Below are positions 63,097 to 64,000 of a DNA stretch of 64,000 bases, one piece after another (within the stretch, counting starts at the first letter, position 1; every line of letters begins with the position of its first letter). The stretch comes from Pseudomonadota bacterium. GTDB taxonomy: Bacteria; Pseudomonadota; Gammaproteobacteria; Burkholderiales; JALYOK01. The notes beneath the pieces were generated by a model. The model searched no databases. It was given only the letters and a program-made list of their open reading frames with translations, and was not told the origin of the DNA. The DNA lies in assembly GCA_031419835.1 (NCBI GenBank), contig JANOLP010000191.1, positions 137 through 64,136 on the forward strand, read 5' to 3'. The position numbers and the translations under genes were made by a program.

Positions 63097-63408
63097 ATGA
63101 GTTCCGGCATTTCGTATGACTTTGAATAGGATTTAGCGAGAGCGATTTCAAACTTCGCGAAACACGGCGTTACTTTTGAGCAAGCGGCAACGGTGTTTCT
63201 TGACCCGCTCGCAATCACTGTTTTCGATAACGCGCATAGCCAAATTGAGGACCGTTAGTTCACCGTTGGACTTGAGGCTGGCGGTGGATTACTCGTTGTA
63301 GTCCATACATTCCAAGATCAAAACCCGAACATCGCTCGGGTTCGAATAATTTCTGCGCGAACAGCCACGAAGCAAGAGCGCCACGTGTATGAAGACGAAC
63401 CGCGCTAG
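63097..63408 (+). pseudogene. brnT: BrnT-family (DUF497) toxin gene with two in-frame amber codons
   Basis: The frame from ATG 63097 reads MSSGISYDFE*DLARAISNFAKHGVTFEQAATVFLDPLAITVFDNAHSQIEDR*FTVGLEAGGGLLVVVHTFQDQNPNIARVRIISARTATKQERHVYEDEPR*. The TAG codons are at 63127-63129 and 63256-63258. The first falls where the family has the FEWD tryptophan. Confidence 0.7.
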
Positions 63409-63441
63409 AATAACGCAATAGCAACTGACGAGTACACATAG

Positions 63442-63666
63442 ATGACTGCGAATCTCAATGACGACATGCCAGATGAGATTGATTTCTCGTCCGGTACGCG
63501 TGGTAAATTCTACCGCTCTGACGCGAAGTTGAACTTACCGGTATACCTTGATGCCGAGGTGCTCGCGTACTTGTCCGCGATTGCTTCGAGAAAAGGTGTT
63601 CAGTTGTCGGCGTTGGCAAATGATCTCTTGAAAAAAGAAATTGCTATCCTTGAGTCAGTGAAATAA
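63442..63666 (+). CDS. Putative cognate antitoxin (BrnA-like/RHH-type)
   Basis: 74-aa intact ORF immediately downstream of brnT. GKFYR...LPVYLDAEVLAYLSAIASRKGVQLSALANDLLKKEI is typical of small antitoxins encoded after DUF497 toxins. Confidence 0.55.
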   Translation: MTANLNDDMPDEIDFSSGTRGKFYRSDAKLNLPVYLDAEVLAYLSAIASRKGVQLSALANDLLKKEIAILESVK

Positions 63667-63851
63667 TCGGCCGCTTCGACGCCTAAAACATTTATGCGAT
63701 AGCTTGAAGAGTCGCATGGCCCTAGGCCAGTGGCTAGCCTCGGGCTACCCCGTGGATTTTGGTTCTCAGGTCATGCGCTGCCGCGAGGCAAGTAGTATGC
63801 GGCTCGTGGCGATGATCGGGGAGCGTGTACCCTGAACGGAGCTGGCGTAGG

Positions 63852-64000
63852 GTGCGCGGCATGGGCAAGTACTAGTCATCTGAAAGGAGATGACCGGAAG
63901 GCGTGAGGCCAACCGTAGAGAACCCCAAGGTGGACGCTGTGAGGCCAAGCTGAAGGAAGGGGGTATCAAAGACACGACCGTACGAACAGGAACAAGCAGC
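63852..64000 (+). mobile_element. Possible 5' end (domain I) of a group II intron or related retroelement RNA, truncated by the window edge
   Basis: GTGCG occurs at 63852. It is followed by purine-rich, non-coding sequence with a GAAAGG-capped hairpin (GTCATCT-GAAAGG-AGATGAC) and GGAAGGCGTGAGGCC / GCTGTGAGGCCAAGC-type motifs reminiscent of bacterial group II intron domain I. There is no credible ORF. This is pattern memory only. Confidence 0.3.

Noticed and set aside
63766-63975. 69-aa minus-strand ORF at the right edge
   Set aside because: Its composition is Ser/Pro/Arg-rich, it has no RBS, and it overlaps the strongly structured region that is better explained as RNA.

Overview
This looks like a proteobacterial chromosomal segment. 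The gene order (fur/bamE/dapB, miaB-ybeZ-ybeY, rpsU-yqeY, argD-argF...argG) is most reminiscent of Betaproteobacteria. All family calls are motif recognition by eye, with no database search. Most of the window is housekeeping: pyc, secA, mfd, dksA, murI, serB, dapB, miaB, arg genes and two tRNAs. Five things stand out. (1) The left edge holds an accessory-looking patch ending at the 3' end of a tRNA-Leu. It contains a caspase-like protease followed on the same strand by a very large tandem lipase-like alpha/beta-hydrolase gene. That gene is missing from the ORF track because it runs off the window. A NYN/PIN-like nuclease gene and a YajD-type HNH gene sit divergently beside it. This is my best candidate for an undescribed protease-plus-effector conflict module. 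(2) A single 626-aa ORF fuses a divergent MurF-like Mur-ligase body to a complete peptidyl-tRNA hydrolase domain, behind a ~700-bp AT-rich non-coding spacer. (3) Four otherwise well-conserved genes are disrupted: five in-frame stop codons and one frameshift in a 2-hydroxyacid dehydrogenase, a class I fumarase, brnT and a membrane protein. (4) A four-gene branched phosphorelay runs from a CHASE2 hybrid kinase through an Hpt protein to REC-nucleotidyl cyclase and REC-Ser/Thr kinase outputs. (5) The right edge enters a structured, purine-rich, non-coding region containing GTGCG that may be the 5' end of a group II intron or another retroelement RNA. Other items: a PQQ alcohol dehydrogenase with the extra-Asp (lanthanide-type) signature, a secreted RNase/barstar pair, an orphan exosortase-A-type ACP/hydrolase block and a nested palindromic REP-like element. 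I saw no CRISPR array, rRNA or transposase.
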